In this document: positions 1 through 10,315 of the stretch, in pieces | Layout of the letters: every line of letters starts with the position of its first letter | How positions within the stretch are numbered: the first letter of the stretch is position 1 | Assembly: GCA_046348995.1 (NCBI GenBank) | Contig: JAXMDB010000008.1 | Location: forward strand, 211,525-275,524 | Source: Hyphomicrobiaceae bacterium | Lineage (GTDB): Bacteria; Pseudomonadota; Alphaproteobacteria; Rhizobiales; Hyphomicrobiaceae | Direction of reading: 5' to 3' | Length of the DNA: 64,000 nucleotides | Translations under genes and position numbers: made by a program | Notes under the pieces: model-generated | Database searches by the model: none | Told to the model about the DNA's origin: nothing | Seen by the model: the letters and a program-made list of their open reading frames with translations, nothing else

Positions 1-41
1 CCCAGCCCAAGCTTCTCCGCACGCCAACCGCCGGGGGAGCC

Positions 42-1265
42 GTGGTCCAGTTTCTCGTCTTCCTGCTCTCCTACGCCCTCAGTCAGTTCTACCGCTCGTT
101 CCTCGCCGTCATCGCGCCCGAGCTCGGCGCGGATCTCGGGTTGGATGCGACCGGTCTCGGCACATTGTCGATGGCGTGGTTTCTCGCCTTCGCGCTCGCC
201 CAATTCGCGGTCGGAGCAGCGCTCGACAACTTGGGCCCGCGCCGCACGATGCCGGCGTTCATGGGGGTCGCCGTCGTCGGTGCCGCGGTTTTTGCCTCGT
301 CGAGCAGCTACCCCAGCGCGGTCGCGGGGATGGTGCTGATCGGCGCCGGCAGCGCGGCCATCTATATGGGGGCGGTGTACACCTTCGCCCGCACCGTCGC
401 GCCTGAGAAATTTGCCCAGGCCTGCTCCTGGCTGCTCGGCCTCGGCAGTCTCGGCAATCTCCTGTCGGCGACCCCGCTCGCCTATGCGGCCGAGACGCTC
501 GGCTGGCGCACGACATTCCTCGCCATCGCCGTGCTGACGGCGCTATCGGCGCTGCTCATTCTGCTGTTGATCCGCGACCCGGTGCCGGCGGCTCCCTCCA
601 GCACGGAGCCGGCCCCCGGATTCTGGCGAGGTCTCAGAAAAATCGCCGGTATCTCAGCCCTTTGGCCGATGGTGCCGCTGATATTCGTCAGCTACGCCGT
701 GATGCTCGCCGAGCGGGGATTGTGGATCGGCCCCTACTTCAGCCAAGTCCACAATCTCGGTCCGACCGAGCGCGGCAACGCCATCCTGGCGATGGCCGCC
801 GCGATGTCGCTCGGGGCTCTCCTCTACGGCCCGGCCGATCGACTATTCGGCACGCGCAAATGGGTGGTGATCGTGGGCACTGTCGTGACGGCGGGGCTGT
901 TCGCGGCGCTCGGGTTTCACCCCCAGGCCCCACTGTCGACCTCGGTCGCGCTGGTCACCTCCATCGGGGCCGCCGGCATGACCTACGCGGTGCTGCTCGC
1001 CCACGCCCGCGCATACCTCCCCGAGAACCTCCTCGGACGCGGTATCACCTTGATCAACTTCCTGTTTTTCGCGGGCGCAGTGGCTCTCCAACCGCTCTCG
1101 GGACGCGCCGTGGATGCTCTACGAGCGGCCGGACACACACCAGCGGAGATATTCGCCACGCTGCATTGGAGCTTCGCCGGTCTTTTGCTCGCGGGCCTGC
1201 TCTTCTACCTCGGCTCTCAGGAGCCCGACCGCGGCCAATCGGCAACGCCCAGCCACAGACGATAG
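42..1265 (+). CDS. MFS family transporter (12-TM-like, Gly/Ala-rich hydrophobic)
   Basis: 407-aa ORF with repeated hydrophobic helices and a typical MFS composition. The start lies at the window edge and may be 5'-truncated. Stop TAG at 1263-1265. Confidence 0.8.
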   Translation: MVQFLVFLLSYALSQFYRSFLAVIAPELGADLGLDATGLGTLSMAWFLAFALAQFAVGAALDNLGPRRTMPAFMGVAVVGAAVFASSSSYPSAVAGMVLIGAGSAAIYMGAVYTFARTVAPEKFAQACSWLLGLGSLGNLLSATPLAYAAETLGWRTTFLAIAVLTALSALLILLLIRDPVPAAPSSTEPAPGFWRGLRKIAGISALWPMVPLIFVSYAVMLAERGLWIGPYFSQVHNLGPTERGNAILAMAAAMSLGALLYGPADRLFGTRKWVVIVGTVVTAGLFAALGFHPQAPLSTSVALVTSIGAAGMTYAVLLAHARAYLPENLLGRGITLINFLFFAGAVALQPLSGRAVDALRAAGHTPAEIFATLHWSFAGLLLAGLLFYLGSQEPDRGQSATPSHRR

Positions 1266-1389
1266 GGGCCGACGGCCTCTGCCGATTGAGCGGATAACCC
1301 GAGATGCGCTAATGCTCCGCTTTGGGCGGAAGGGCGAAGCTGCGCCCGCTCCGCGGTTGGGTTTCGTTGCGTCAGTGGGGTCCAGGGGC

Positions 1390-3816
1390 ATGGAGTTTCT
1401 GAACTGGGTCGCCAACGTGCTGAAGCACGTCGTGACGCCGATCTACGTGCTCCGGGCGATGATCATCGCCGTCGTCCTGGCATCGGTGATGCTGGCGCTG
1501 CCCGATCAGACGATCGAGATGTATCGCTCGCTCGCGCTCGACCGTGACGCGCGCATGCCGCAGATCGTGCTGGCCTTTCTCTCGCTCACCTTCGCCGGCT
1601 CGCTCATCTGGTACATCGGCCGCAACCTCACTCTGCGCTGGCAGCAGGACGCCTTGGTCGCCAACGATGCGACGGGCATCATGCTGCGCTGGCTGCCGCG
1701 GGTGCTGGGCGCCACCCCCCTGTTCGCTGCCGCGTACGGATTGTGGACCGCAGGCAGCGTGTTGCGGCCGATCGACCTGCCGTCCTGGGTGCAGGCGCAG
1801 ATGCCGTCCGTCGCTCAGACGGTGGCGGCCGCCGCGGACGCACACGCCCAGACGCGCCACCAGCTCTACGTCGCGGCCGGCATGGCCGTCGCGCTCGGCC
1901 TGTTGCTGATTTTGGCGACCTTCCTCAGGTCCTATCGCAAGCACTGGAAGTACGCGCTGCCCAATCCGTGGCTGTTCGGGTTGCCGATCCGGCTGTTCTT
2001 CTACGCGCTCACCTTTGCCCTCGTGCTGTTGTTCTCGGCGACTTTCTTGGGCTCGCCAGGGCGCTACGGCATCATCGCCGAGCAGCTCGGCGCCTTCACG
2101 ATCTTCAATCTGTTCGTGATCTGCCTCGCCTTTTTCCTGAGCTTCACGACGAACCTTTACGACCGCACGCGCTTTCCGGCGCTGTCGCTGATCGTGCTCA
2201 TGGGGATCGGCTCGACGGCCTTCGACCTCAATGACAACCACGAGATCCGTACGACGAAGCGCGCCTTCCTGCCGCTTCCCAATGCGGCGGGCGGCTTCAA
2301 GACCTGGCTCGAGAGCCGGCCCGACCGCGCTTACTTCAAGAGCCGCGGCGAGCCCTATCCGGTCTACATCGTCGCCGCCGAGGGCGGCGGCCTCTACGCC
2401 GCCCAGCACGTCGCCATGACGCTCGCCCGCATGCAGGATCGTTGTGGCGGCTTCTCACAGCACATTTTCGCCATCTCAGGCGTTTCGGGCGGCAGCCTCG
2501 GCTCGGCGCTCTTCACCTCGCTCGCGAGCCAGAAGGCGGAGCTCGTCGCCCAGCCGACCTGCCGCTTCGGCGAGCAGAAGGCCGGTTGGTTCGAGGAGCG
2601 CACGCAGGCCTTCCTCGCACGCGATTTCATGTCGCCGCTCGCGGCCGCAGGTCTCTTCCCGGATTTCCTCCAGCGGTTCGTGCCTTGGCCGTTCCCGGCC
2701 TTCGACCGGGCCCGGGCGCTCGAGGCCGCCTTCGAGCGCGCCTGGCACGAGACATCGCCCGATATCGACGTCAATCCCTTCGCCGACAGCTTCTACGACC
2801 AGTGGAAACAAACCGGCGCGGTGCCGGCCCTCGTCCTCAACACGACGCACGTGCAGACGGGATCGCGTGTCGTCATCGCGCCCTTCCGCTTCTATCGGCA
2901 ATCGACGGCGCGGCTCGGTACGCTCAACTCGATGGTGCGAGCCGATCTGCCGCTGTCGACGGCCGTCGGCGTCAGCGCGCGCTTTCCGTGGATCCTGCCC
3001 CCCGCCTCCTGGCGGCGTGGCGAGGAAGAGCAATATCGCTTCGTCGACGGCGGTTACTTCGAGAGCTCGGGCATCGATACCGCGCTCGATCTCGTCGACG
3101 TGCTCGAGGACGTGAAGGCGCAGACGCTGGAGGACCAGGCGACCGATCTCGATTTCGAGGTCAACCTGATCGTATTGACGACCGACGACATTCTGGAGGA
3201 CCCGATCAACACGGCGAACGCCGACGTGCTCCGGCAAGCGCGCGTCAAACGCTCGGGCTTCGACGAGCTGCTCTCGCCGGTGTCGACACTGCTCAACGCG
3301 CGCTGGGAGCGCGGCGTCGTCTCGGTCGCCCGTGCCCACAACAAGTTCTGCAAGGACTGCTTCCGCGATCGCGCCGACCGCAGACTCTATGCCGGCATCG
3401 ACGGCAACGTGCGGCTGATGCGGCTCAATTTCACCGATTTCGAGCTGACGCTCGGCTGGCAGCTCTCGACGGTGTCGCAGACGCTGGTCTCCGCGCACAG
3501 CGGCTATCCCGATCGCTGCCTTGCCGCGCGCCCGAGCCTGCGGGATCGCTGGCCCTGGGCGGCGCGCGTGCTCAACGAGAACAACTGCGCGGCCTGCCAG
3601 ATGATGTATGTGCTGACGGGGCGGGCGAACGAGCTCGATCAGATTGCGCCCTCGATCACCCGCAATGCCGGCCGCAATCGCGCCTTCTCGACCGAGCCGG
3701 AGGCGCTTCCGACCTGGGTGCAGCTCTGCCGCGCCTCCGCCGGCAATCCGTCGATGCCGACCTACCAGCGTGGCGCCATCGAGCAGAGCGGCGTTCGAAA
3801 GGATCTCGGAGGTTAG
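1390..3816 (+). CDS. Membrane-anchored patatin-like phospholipase (N-terminal polytopic membrane domain plus C-terminal patatin domain)
   Basis: The six-frame ORF 1114..3816 overlaps the upstream MFS gene. An in-frame ATG at 1390 (alternative 1312) removes the overlap. The first ~330 aa are highly hydrophobic with several predicted TM helices. It has an oxyanion-hole-like AAEGGG motif, a GXSXG nucleophile motif (GVSGGS) and a downstream DGG/DGGY motif (FVDGGYFESSG), which is the patatin Ser-Asp dyad signature. Confidence 0.75.
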   Translation: MEFLNWVANVLKHVVTPIYVLRAMIIAVVLASVMLALPDQTIEMYRSLALDRDARMPQIVLAFLSLTFAGSLIWYIGRNLTLRWQQDALVANDATGIMLRWLPRVLGATPLFAAAYGLWTAGSVLRPIDLPSWVQAQMPSVAQTVAAAADAHAQTRHQLYVAAGMAVALGLLLILATFLRSYRKHWKYALPNPWLFGLPIRLFFYALTFALVLLFSATFLGSPGRYGIIAEQLGAFTIFNLFVICLAFFLSFTTNLYDRTRFPALSLIVLMGIGSTAFDLNDNHEIRTTKRAFLPLPNAAGGFKTWLESRPDRAYFKSRGEPYPVYIVAAEGGGLYAAQHVAMTLARMQDRCGGFSQHIFAISGVSGGSLGSALFTSLASQKAELVAQPTCRFGEQKAGWFEERTQAFLARDFMSPLAAAGLFPDFLQRFVPWPFPAFDRARALEAAFERAWHETSPDIDVNPFADSFYDQWKQTGAVPALVLNTTHVQTGSRVVIAPFRFYRQSTARLGTLNSMVRADLPLSTAVGVSARFPWILPPASWRRGEEEQYRFVDGGYFESSGIDTALDLVDVLEDVKAQTLEDQATDLDFEVNLIVLTTDDILEDPINTANADVLRQARVKRSGFDELLSPVSTLLNARWERGVVSVARAHNKFCKDCFRDRADRRLYAGIDGNVRLMRLNFTDFELTLGWQLSTVSQTLVSAHSGYPDRCLAARPSLRDRWPWAARVLNENNCAACQMMYVLTGRANELDQIAPSITRNAGRNRAFSTEPEALPTWVQLCRASAGNPSMPTYQRGAIEQSGVRKDLGG

Positions 3817-4013
3817 CGCGCGGCTCCGCGGGGACGCTGGGGCCGTGGGGGCATCAGACTGTCGAGGGCCTTGCGGGCCGCCGCCGTGCGCGCTTGGCCC
3901 AGATCGATGATGCGGGCGCCGCCCGTCACCGTCCGTGCCGCCCGCCCGGCGCCTACGCGCACGAAGTCGACGCGGATGATGGTGCACTCGTGAGTGGTCT
4001 CTCTCGTTTCCAT
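3813..4013 (-). CDS. Small hypothetical protein (66 aa, Ala/Arg-rich)
   Basis: Internal ATG of ORF 3813..4223(-), METRETTHEC.... It lies between convergent genes. No recognisable domain and its composition follows GC bias. Confidence 0.2.
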   Translation of the reverse strand: METRETTHECTIIRVDFVRVGAGRAARTVTGGARIIDLGQARTAAARKALDSLMPPRPQRPRGAAR

Positions 4014-4312
4014 GGCACGCCTCCCGAAGGCTTGCTTGCTACATAGCTCCCAAGATGGGCCGCCTCCGTCGCCGGCGCTGTTACGTGCGTAACCCACGGG
4101 CGAGATAACGCGCGAGATGGCGATTTGGACGGCGGGTTGTACCTTCTCCGTCGAGCCGAAGGGCGCAATAGGCCTCTCAAGGCCGTATTGCGCCGACTGC
4201 GACGACGGCGCTGCCTCGCCCAACGAATGCCTATTCGTGGTGGCGCAATACGGCCCCCGAAATTGGGGCCTATTGCGCCCTACGTTTGCGGGCCGATCAG
4301 CCGGCTTCGGTA

Positions 4313-6187
4313 TTACAGCTCACCCACGGCCCGTGCGGCTTCGGCGATGGCCGAATGCGCGTAGGCGTCGAAGGCGGTGTCGGAGTTGGCGAAAGCGATC
4401 TTGCCGATCGGCTTCTTGGCCTCGACAGCGTCCGCCTCGCCCTTCTCCGTGTCGTCGTAGAGGCTGTTCCAATAATAGGAATAGCCGTGCGACCAGCGAT
4501 TGACGGTCAGCGCCAGGATATCGCGCTGATGATCGAATCCGCCGGGCCCGAGCATCTTCTGCAGGTCAGACCGGATCAGTCCCTCGATGGTCTCGAACGG
4601 CGTCTTGACGAGCCAAGAGCGGCCCATCTTGCACTGCGCGCGGGCATCCTTACCCGACCCCGGTGCGAGCGGCACGTGCACCATGTGCACGACCATCGGC
4701 TCCTTGGGATCCTTGGGAAAAGCGTAGCTGCCGAGGCTGACGGGATAGTCCAGCTTGACAGTAGTCAAGAAGCTCATCGGCGCGGCGATGTTGTGCACGC
4801 CGAGCTTCGCAAAGCATTCCCAATTGCGGATCAGCGCCTTGCAGTAGAGGAGCGGCGATTTCGAGTTGCTCGACATCGTCTTCTTGGCCTCGGCGCCCAT
4901 CTCGGGGACGATGTAGGGCATCACCATGCCGTAGCAGGCGACGACCGCACGACCCGCGCGGGCCCGCCGCTTCGTGCCCTGATCGACGTAGCCGACCACC
5001 ACCCCGTCGCCATCGTTCTTCACCTGCACGGCCGTCGAGCGCAGGCGGATGCGGACCTTGCTGTCCGCCGTATCGAGCTTGCTGTAGTCGAAGCGGGCGG
5101 TGACGACGTCCGCCATGTCCTTGCCGGGCGGTGCGATCGCAGGGATGAGGGAGCGCACGATGAGGCGCGCGATCGTCGAATTCCCATCCGGGAAGTGATG
5201 AACGTAGGGCTCGGCATCGTCACTCTCGAACTCGTCCGAGATGCCGAGGCCCTCGCCGCCCGGCAGTCCGCCCTCCATCGCATCGAAGGCCGCAATGGTA
5301 TCGATGCCGAGGCCGAAATTGTCGTTGAGGCGGCCTTGGAAATAGTCGGCGGCGTCCTTGGGGAGACCGGCCGTCTTCTCGAGAAACTCACGGTAGCTGA
5401 TCTTGCCGAGGTGCTCGATCTTCTCCTCCTTCGACTTGTCCGCGAGGTAATCCTTCTTGCCGCTCGAAAGCTCGAGGATGGCGGCCTTCGCCTGATCCGA
5501 AAGCGGACAGTCGGCGAGGAAGGCATCGAGCGGCCGGCTGTTGGGGGAATCCGGCGAGAACTCGTCGTAGCCAAGCACCATCGGATCGCCGGCGACGAGC
5601 TTGTCGGCCCCGAAGGCTTTCGCATCGAAGAAGACGCCGCGCGCAAGCTTCAAGCCCGGATAGAGCGTCTTGTGGAACACGCCCTCGTCGTAGAAGCGCT
5701 CGGTGTCGAGGCCGAGCGCCTTGAACATCCGATGCGCGTCATCGCCGTACTCGGTGCGCGGCGAGACCATGCTTTCCGAGCCCCCGTAGGAGAGCAGCAT
5801 GCGGCCGTTCGCATCGAACTCGTTGCGCCGGGCGTGCCCGCCGAAGTCGTCGTGATTGTCGAGAATGAGGATGGACGCATCCGGGTTCTTCTCGCGGTAG
5901 AACCAGGCGGCCGACAAGCCGGCGAGCCCAGAGCCGACGACGACGAGGTCGTAGGTTTCCTCGGCACTGATCGCATCGAAGGAATACGTGTCGTAGTCGA
6001 AGGCGATGCCGTGCATCACCGCGTTGGCCGCATCCGTCGATCCGCGCAGGCCGGTCAGCGCCGGGGGATAGGGCGCGGCTTCAGCGGCGGCAGCGGCTGC
6101 CATGAACTCGTCGAGCGGGAGGGCGCTCGCACCGATCGTCAAAGCAACGCCGTTGAGAAAATCCCGTCGCGTAACAATCGACCTCAT
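4313..6187 (-). CDS. Tat-exported FAD/NAD(P)-binding oxidoreductase (flavin amine-oxidase/spermidine-dehydrogenase-like)
   Basis: N-terminal twin-arginine motif (RRDFLNG) followed by a hydrophobic stretch. Rossmann dinucleotide fold motif VVVGSGLAGLSAAW. 624 aa. Confidence 0.8.
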   Translation of the reverse strand: MRSIVTRRDFLNGVALTIGASALPLDEFMAAAAAAEAAPYPPALTGLRGSTDAANAVMHGIAFDYDTYSFDAISAEETYDLVVVGSGLAGLSAAWFYREKNPDASILILDNHDDFGGHARRNEFDANGRMLLSYGGSESMVSPRTEYGDDAHRMFKALGLDTERFYDEGVFHKTLYPGLKLARGVFFDAKAFGADKLVAGDPMVLGYDEFSPDSPNSRPLDAFLADCPLSDQAKAAILELSSGKKDYLADKSKEEKIEHLGKISYREFLEKTAGLPKDAADYFQGRLNDNFGLGIDTIAAFDAMEGGLPGGEGLGISDEFESDDAEPYVHHFPDGNSTIARLIVRSLIPAIAPPGKDMADVVTARFDYSKLDTADSKVRIRLRSTAVQVKNDGDGVVVGYVDQGTKRRARAGRAVVACYGMVMPYIVPEMGAEAKKTMSSNSKSPLLYCKALIRNWECFAKLGVHNIAAPMSFLTTVKLDYPVSLGSYAFPKDPKEPMVVHMVHVPLAPGSGKDARAQCKMGRSWLVKTPFETIEGLIRSDLQKMLGPGGFDHQRDILALTVNRWSHGYSYYWNSLYDDTEKGEADAVEAKKPIGKIAFANSDTAFDAYAHSAIAEAARAVGEL

Positions 6188-6261
6188 GAATGCGCTCTCC
6201 GGACCATGGCTGATCCGGAGAGCTTAGCCGAAAATCCGCCACCTGATGGTGACGATTTGTA

Positions 6262-8850
6262 TCACGCCGCCGCGCGCACGGCCTCACCGTTAATGACCAG
6301 TTTACCGCCCGCAACGCTGATCTTCACGCGGTCGCCATCCTTGACCTTGCCGGAGAGGATCTGCTCGGCGAGCGGATCCTGGACCTGGCGTTGGATCACG
6401 CGCTTCAACGGGCGCGCGCCATAGGCCGGGTCGTACCCCTGATTGGCGAGCCAGGTCTTGGCGGCCGCATCGAGCTCGAGCGTGATCTTGCGATCCGCCA
6501 AGAGCTTCCCGAGCCGGCCGAGCTGGATGTCGACGATCGCCGTCATCTCCTCCTTCTTCAGCCGCTGGAAGAGAATGATCTCGTCGATGCGGTTCAGGAA
6601 CTCCGGACGGAAGCTCGCCTTCACCGCACCCATCACGAGGTCGCGCACTTTCTCGATGTCCTGCGAGGTGTCGAGCAGATACTCCGAGCCTAAGTTCGAC
6701 GTCATGATGATCAGCGTGTTCTTGAAGTCGACGGTGCGGCCCTGGCCGTCGGTGAGGCGGCCGTCGTCGAGCACCTGCAAGAGCACGTTGAAGACGTCCG
6801 GATGCGCCTTCTCGATCTCGTCGAACAGCACGACCTGATACGGCCGGCGCCGAACGGCTTCCGTCAACACGCCGCCCTCCTCGTAGCCGACGTAGCCGGG
6901 AGGCGCGCCAATCAGCCGCGAGACCGAGTGCTTCTCCATGAACTCCGACATGTCGACACGCACCATCGCGTGCTCGTCGTCGAACAGGAACTGCGCGAGC
7001 GCTTTCGTCAGCTCGGTCTTGCCGACGCCGGTCGGACCCAAGAACATGAACGAGCCGATCGGCCGGTTGGGATCCTGCAATCCCGCCCGCGCGCGGCGAA
7101 CAGCCGTCGAGACGGCGCGCACCGCATCCATCTGGCCGATGACGCGCTTACCGATCGCCTCCTCCATGCGGAGCAGCTTGTCGCGCTCGCCTTCGAGCAT
7201 CCGATCGACGGGAATGCCCGTCCAACGCGAGACGACGCCCGCGATATGATCCGGCGTGACCGCCTCCTCGACCATCGGCGAGGCTTTGCCCTCGCTCTCC
7301 TCGATCGCAGCGAGCTTCGTCTCGAGATCGCGGATGAGGCCGTATTTGAGCTCGCCCGCCTTGTTATAGTCACCACGCCGCTCGGCTTTCGCCAGCTCGA
7401 TGCGGGCGTCGTCGAGCGCCTCTTTGATCTTGGTCGCCTCGCCGAGCTTCGACTTTTCGGCCTGCCAGCGCTGCGTCAGCGACGCCGAGCGCTCCTCGAG
7501 ATCGGCGAGCTCCTTCTCGAGGCGTTGCAGACGCTCCTTCGAGGCCGCATCGTCCTCCTTGCGCAGCGCCTCGCGCTCGATCTTCAACTGGATCACGCGC
7601 CGGTCGAGCTCGTCGAGCTCCTCGGGCTTGGAGTCCACCCGCATCCGCAGCCGCGACGCCGCCTCGTCGACGAGGTCGATCGCCTTGTCCGGCAGGAAGC
7701 GGTCGGTGATGTAGCGGTTGAGAGGGTTGCCGAGACCAGCGGAATCGGTGATGCGGATGCCGTGATGCAGCTCGTACTTCTCCTTCAAGCCGCGCAGGAT
7801 CGAGATCGTGTCCTCGACCGTCGGCTCCTCGACGAAGATCGGCTGAAAGCGCCGGGCCAGTGCCGCGTCTTTCTCGACGTTCTTGCGATACTCATCCAGC
7901 GTCGTCGCGCCGACGCAGTGCAGCTCGCCACGGGCGAGCGCGGGTTTGAGCAGGTTCGAGGCGTCCATCGCGCCGTCCGCCTTCCCGGCGCCGACGATGG
8001 TGTGCATCTCGTCGATGAAGAGAATGATGCGCCCGCCCTCAGCCTGCACCTCGGAGAGCACGGATTTGAGCCGCTCCTCGAACTCGCCGCGATACTTCGC
8101 ACCGGCGATGAGCGCGCCCATGTCGAGCGCGAGCAGCTTCTTGTTCTTGAGGCTCTCCGGCACGTCGCCCTTGACGATGCGCTGCGCCAAGCCTTCGGCG
8201 ATCGCGGTCTTGCCGACACCGGGCTCGCCAATGAGGACGGGGTTGTTCTTCGTGCGCCGCGAGAGCACCTGAATAGTGCGGCGGATCTCCTCGTCGCGGC
8301 CGATGACCGGATCGACCTTGCCGGAGGCAGCCGCCTCGGTGAGGTCGCGGGCATACCGCTTCAAGGCGTCGTAGGATTGCTCGGCGGAGGCGCTGTCAGC
8401 CACGCGGCCCTTCCTCAAATCGTTGATGGCTTGGTTGAGAGACGCGGGCGTAACGCCGGCCTCGGCGAGCGCCTTAGCGGCATCCGTATCCTTCTCCATG
8501 GCGATGGCGAGCAGCAGCCGCTCGGCGGTGACGAAGCTGTCGCCGGCCTTGTCGGCGATCTTCTGCGCATTGTCGAAGAGCCGTGCCGTCGCCGGCGCGA
8601 GGTAGAGCTGGCCCGCCCCGCCACCCGAGACCTTCGGCATCTTGGCGAGGACCCGCTCGACGCGGGCGAGCGCATCCTGCGGACGGCCCTGGGCCTTCTG
8701 CATGAGACCCGCGGCCAGGCCCTCCTCGTCGTCGAGGAGCACCTTGAGGATATGCTCTGGGGTGAACTGCTGGTGCCCTTCACGCAGGGCGAGATTTTGC
8801 GCGGCCTGCACGAATCCCCGCGCGCGGTCGGTATATTTCTCGAAATTCAT
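6262..8850 (-). CDS. clpB: ATP-dependent chaperone ClpB (AAA+ disaggregase)
   Basis: Clp N-domain, two Walker A motifs (GEPGVGKT and GPTGVGKT) and a coiled-coil middle domain. The true start [13 protein letters not shown] is at ATG 8850, preceded by GGAGA. The ORF track start at 8964 is an upstream extension. Confidence 0.95.
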   Translation of the reverse strand: MNFEKYTDRARGFVQAAQNLALREGHQQFTPEHILKVLLDDEEGLAAGLMQKAQGRPQDALARVERVLAKMPKVSGGGAGQLYLAPATARLFDNAQKIADKAGDSFVTAERLLLAIAMEKDTDAAKALAEAGVTPASLNQAINDLRKGRVADSASAEQSYDALKRYARDLTEAAASGKVDPVIGRDEEIRRTIQVLSRRTKNNPVLIGEPGVGKTAIAEGLAQRIVKGDVPESLKNKKLLALDMGALIAGAKYRGEFEERLKSVLSEVQAEGGRIILFIDEMHTIVGAGKADGAMDASNLLKPALARGELHCVGATTLDEYRKNVEKDAALARRFQPIFVEEPTVEDTISILRGLKEKYELHHGIRITDSAGLGNPLNRYITDRFLPDKAIDLVDEAASRLRMRVDSKPEELDELDRRVIQLKIEREALRKEDDAASKERLQRLEKELADLEERSASLTQRWQAEKSKLGEATKIKEALDDARIELAKAERRGDYNKAGELKYGLIRDLETKLAAIEESEGKASPMVEEAVTPDHIAGVVSRWTGIPVDRMLEGERDKLLRMEEAIGKRVIGQMDAVRAVSTAVRRARAGLQDPNRPIGSFMFLGPTGVGKTELTKALAQFLFDDEHAMVRVDMSEFMEKHSVSRLIGAPPGYVGYEEGGVLTEAVRRRPYQVVLFDEIEKAHPDVFNVLLQVLDDGRLTDGQGRTVDFKNTLIIMTSNLGSEYLLDTSQDIEKVRDLVMGAVKASFRPEFLNRIDEIILFQRLKKEEMTAIVDIQLGRLGKLLADRKITLELDAAAKTWLANQGYDPAYGARPLKRVIQRQVQDPLAEQILSGKVKDGDRVKISVAGGKLVINGEAVRAAA

Positions 8851-9116
8851 ATCTGTCTCCTCAGCGCATGACCGCCGCCCAGATGGCGCGACTGCCACAC
8901 CGTCGTCGAAAACCCTCGAGGTCGACCCTTCGAGCCCGGACTCCCGGCGCCCCATCAACCCCACGGCTCATATGGGGATGCAGTGGCTTGGCCGGAAGAG
9001 GCTGCGGCCCGTTGGCCTCATGCTCTTTCGCATCTCGGTGGCGACGGCGGGTACACGAAAGTGCTATGGTTAATTCTGGCCGCCGACGGCCGGTTCATAT
9101 CTGGGGGTATCCTACC

Positions 9117-9416
9117 ATGAGGAAGCTCGTTCTTTCGACAGTTGCAGTTGCTACGCTGACGCTCGCCGGCGCCGTGCCTGCCCTGGCCGATTGCGTGACC
9201 AAGGCCGCCATCGCCACCTCGGGCAGCGAGGATTCGGCCAAGTGGTACGCTAAGGAGACGATGGTCCAGTCGGTCAGCTGGTCGCTCTGGCCGGCCTACC
9301 TGTCGGACGGCAGCGTGCCGGGCTACAAGGTCAGGAACGAGTTCTACAAGTGCACGAAGGACGGTGGCAGCGTGACCTGTCACGGCCAGGCGACCTTCTG
9401 CAAGACCGGCGGCTGA
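9117..9416 (+). CDS. Small secreted hypothetical protein (about 99 aa, signal peptide, 4 Cys)
   Basis: ATG at 9117 inside ORF 8868..9416. The N-terminus MRKLVLSTVAVATLTLAGAVPALA is a classic Sec signal peptide with an AXA cleavage site. The mature part contains 4 Cys. Confidence 0.5.
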   Translation: MRKLVLSTVAVATLTLAGAVPALADCVTKAAIATSGSEDSAKWYAKETMVQSVSWSLWPAYLSDGSVPGYKVRNEFYKCTKDGGSVTCHGQATFCKTGG

Positions 9417-9445
9417 CAACGCCACATGAGGAGTGACGCGCGGGC

Positions 9446-10231
9446 ATGAGCGAAGACAATCCGGGCTCAGCCAGCGCGCCTCCGAGTGTGACGGGCCTCT
9501 ATCGCTATCCGCTCAAGGGCTTCTCGCCGGAGCCGCTCGATCACGTCGCGCTCGTGCCCGGCGAGACCTTTCCGCGCGACCGCGCCTACGCGGTCGAGAA
9601 CGGGCCCGGACGCTTCGATCCCGATCATCCGGCGTACCTGCCCAAGATCCATTTCCTGATGCTGATGCGCAACGAGCGCTTGGCGACGCTCGCAACCCAC
9701 TTCGACGATGCGACGGAAACGCTGACGATCGCGCGGGCTGGAAAGCAGGTGGCGCGCGGGCAGCTTTCGACCAAGCTCGGCCGGCAAATGATCGAGCAGT
9801 TCTTGAGTGCCTATCTCAAGGCCGAGCTACGCGGGCCGCCCAAGATCGTTTCGGCGCCGGGGCACAGCTTCTCGGATCACACGGAGAAATGCGTGCACCT
9901 CGTCAATCTGGCGACGGTTCGCGATATCGAGCGCACGCTCGGCAAGCCCGTCGATCCGTTGCGATTCCGCGCGAACATTTACTTCGATGGGGCCGAGCCT
10001 TTCGCCGAGACGAAATGGATCGGGCGGGATGTTTCGATCGGCAGCGTGCGGCTTCAGGCCTTCGCGACGACAACGCGCTGCGAGGCGACGAACGTCGATC
10101 CCGTGACCGCCGCGCGTGACCTCGCCATCCCACAGCATCTGCAGCGAACGTACAATCATACCGACGTCGGCATCTACGCGCGGGTCGTCGAGGGCGGACG
10201 GATTGCAACGGGCGACGCGATCGCTGTGTGA
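9446..10231 (+). CDS. MOSC domain-containing protein (YcbX-like molybdenum cofactor sulfurase C-terminal domain family)
   Basis: 261 aa. The N-terminal beta-barrel-like region (LYRYPLKGFSPE) and C-terminal MOSC region with a conserved Cys (TTRCEATNVDP) match the MOSC family architecture. Confidence 0.75.
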   Translation: MSEDNPGSASAPPSVTGLYRYPLKGFSPEPLDHVALVPGETFPRDRAYAVENGPGRFDPDHPAYLPKIHFLMLMRNERLATLATHFDDATETLTIARAGKQVARGQLSTKLGRQMIEQFLSAYLKAELRGPPKIVSAPGHSFSDHTEKCVHLVNLATVRDIERTLGKPVDPLRFRANIYFDGAEPFAETKWIGRDVSIGSVRLQAFATTTRCEATNVDPVTAARDLAIPQHLQRTYNHTDVGIYARVVEGGRIATGDAIAV

Positions 10232-10315
10232 TTGCTCCCGAGTGTCCTTCGAGTCATGCTCGAGGCTTCGACGATGGCTCGCCATTGAGCGGGCCCATAG
10301 CATTCGGGGGACATC

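Noticed and set aside
1372-4046. Long Arg/Ala/Gly-rich ORFs antisense or out of frame to the patatin-like gene (1372..2409-, 2442..4046+, 2476..3987-)
   Set aside because: Their composition is typical of non-coding frames in high-GC DNA. They overlap a gene with clear catalytic motifs.
4286-8871. 712-aa and 689-aa plus-strand ORFs opposite the flavoprotein and clpB
   Set aside because: Antisense shadows of well-supported genes. They have no motifs and are Arg/Ala/Leu-rich.
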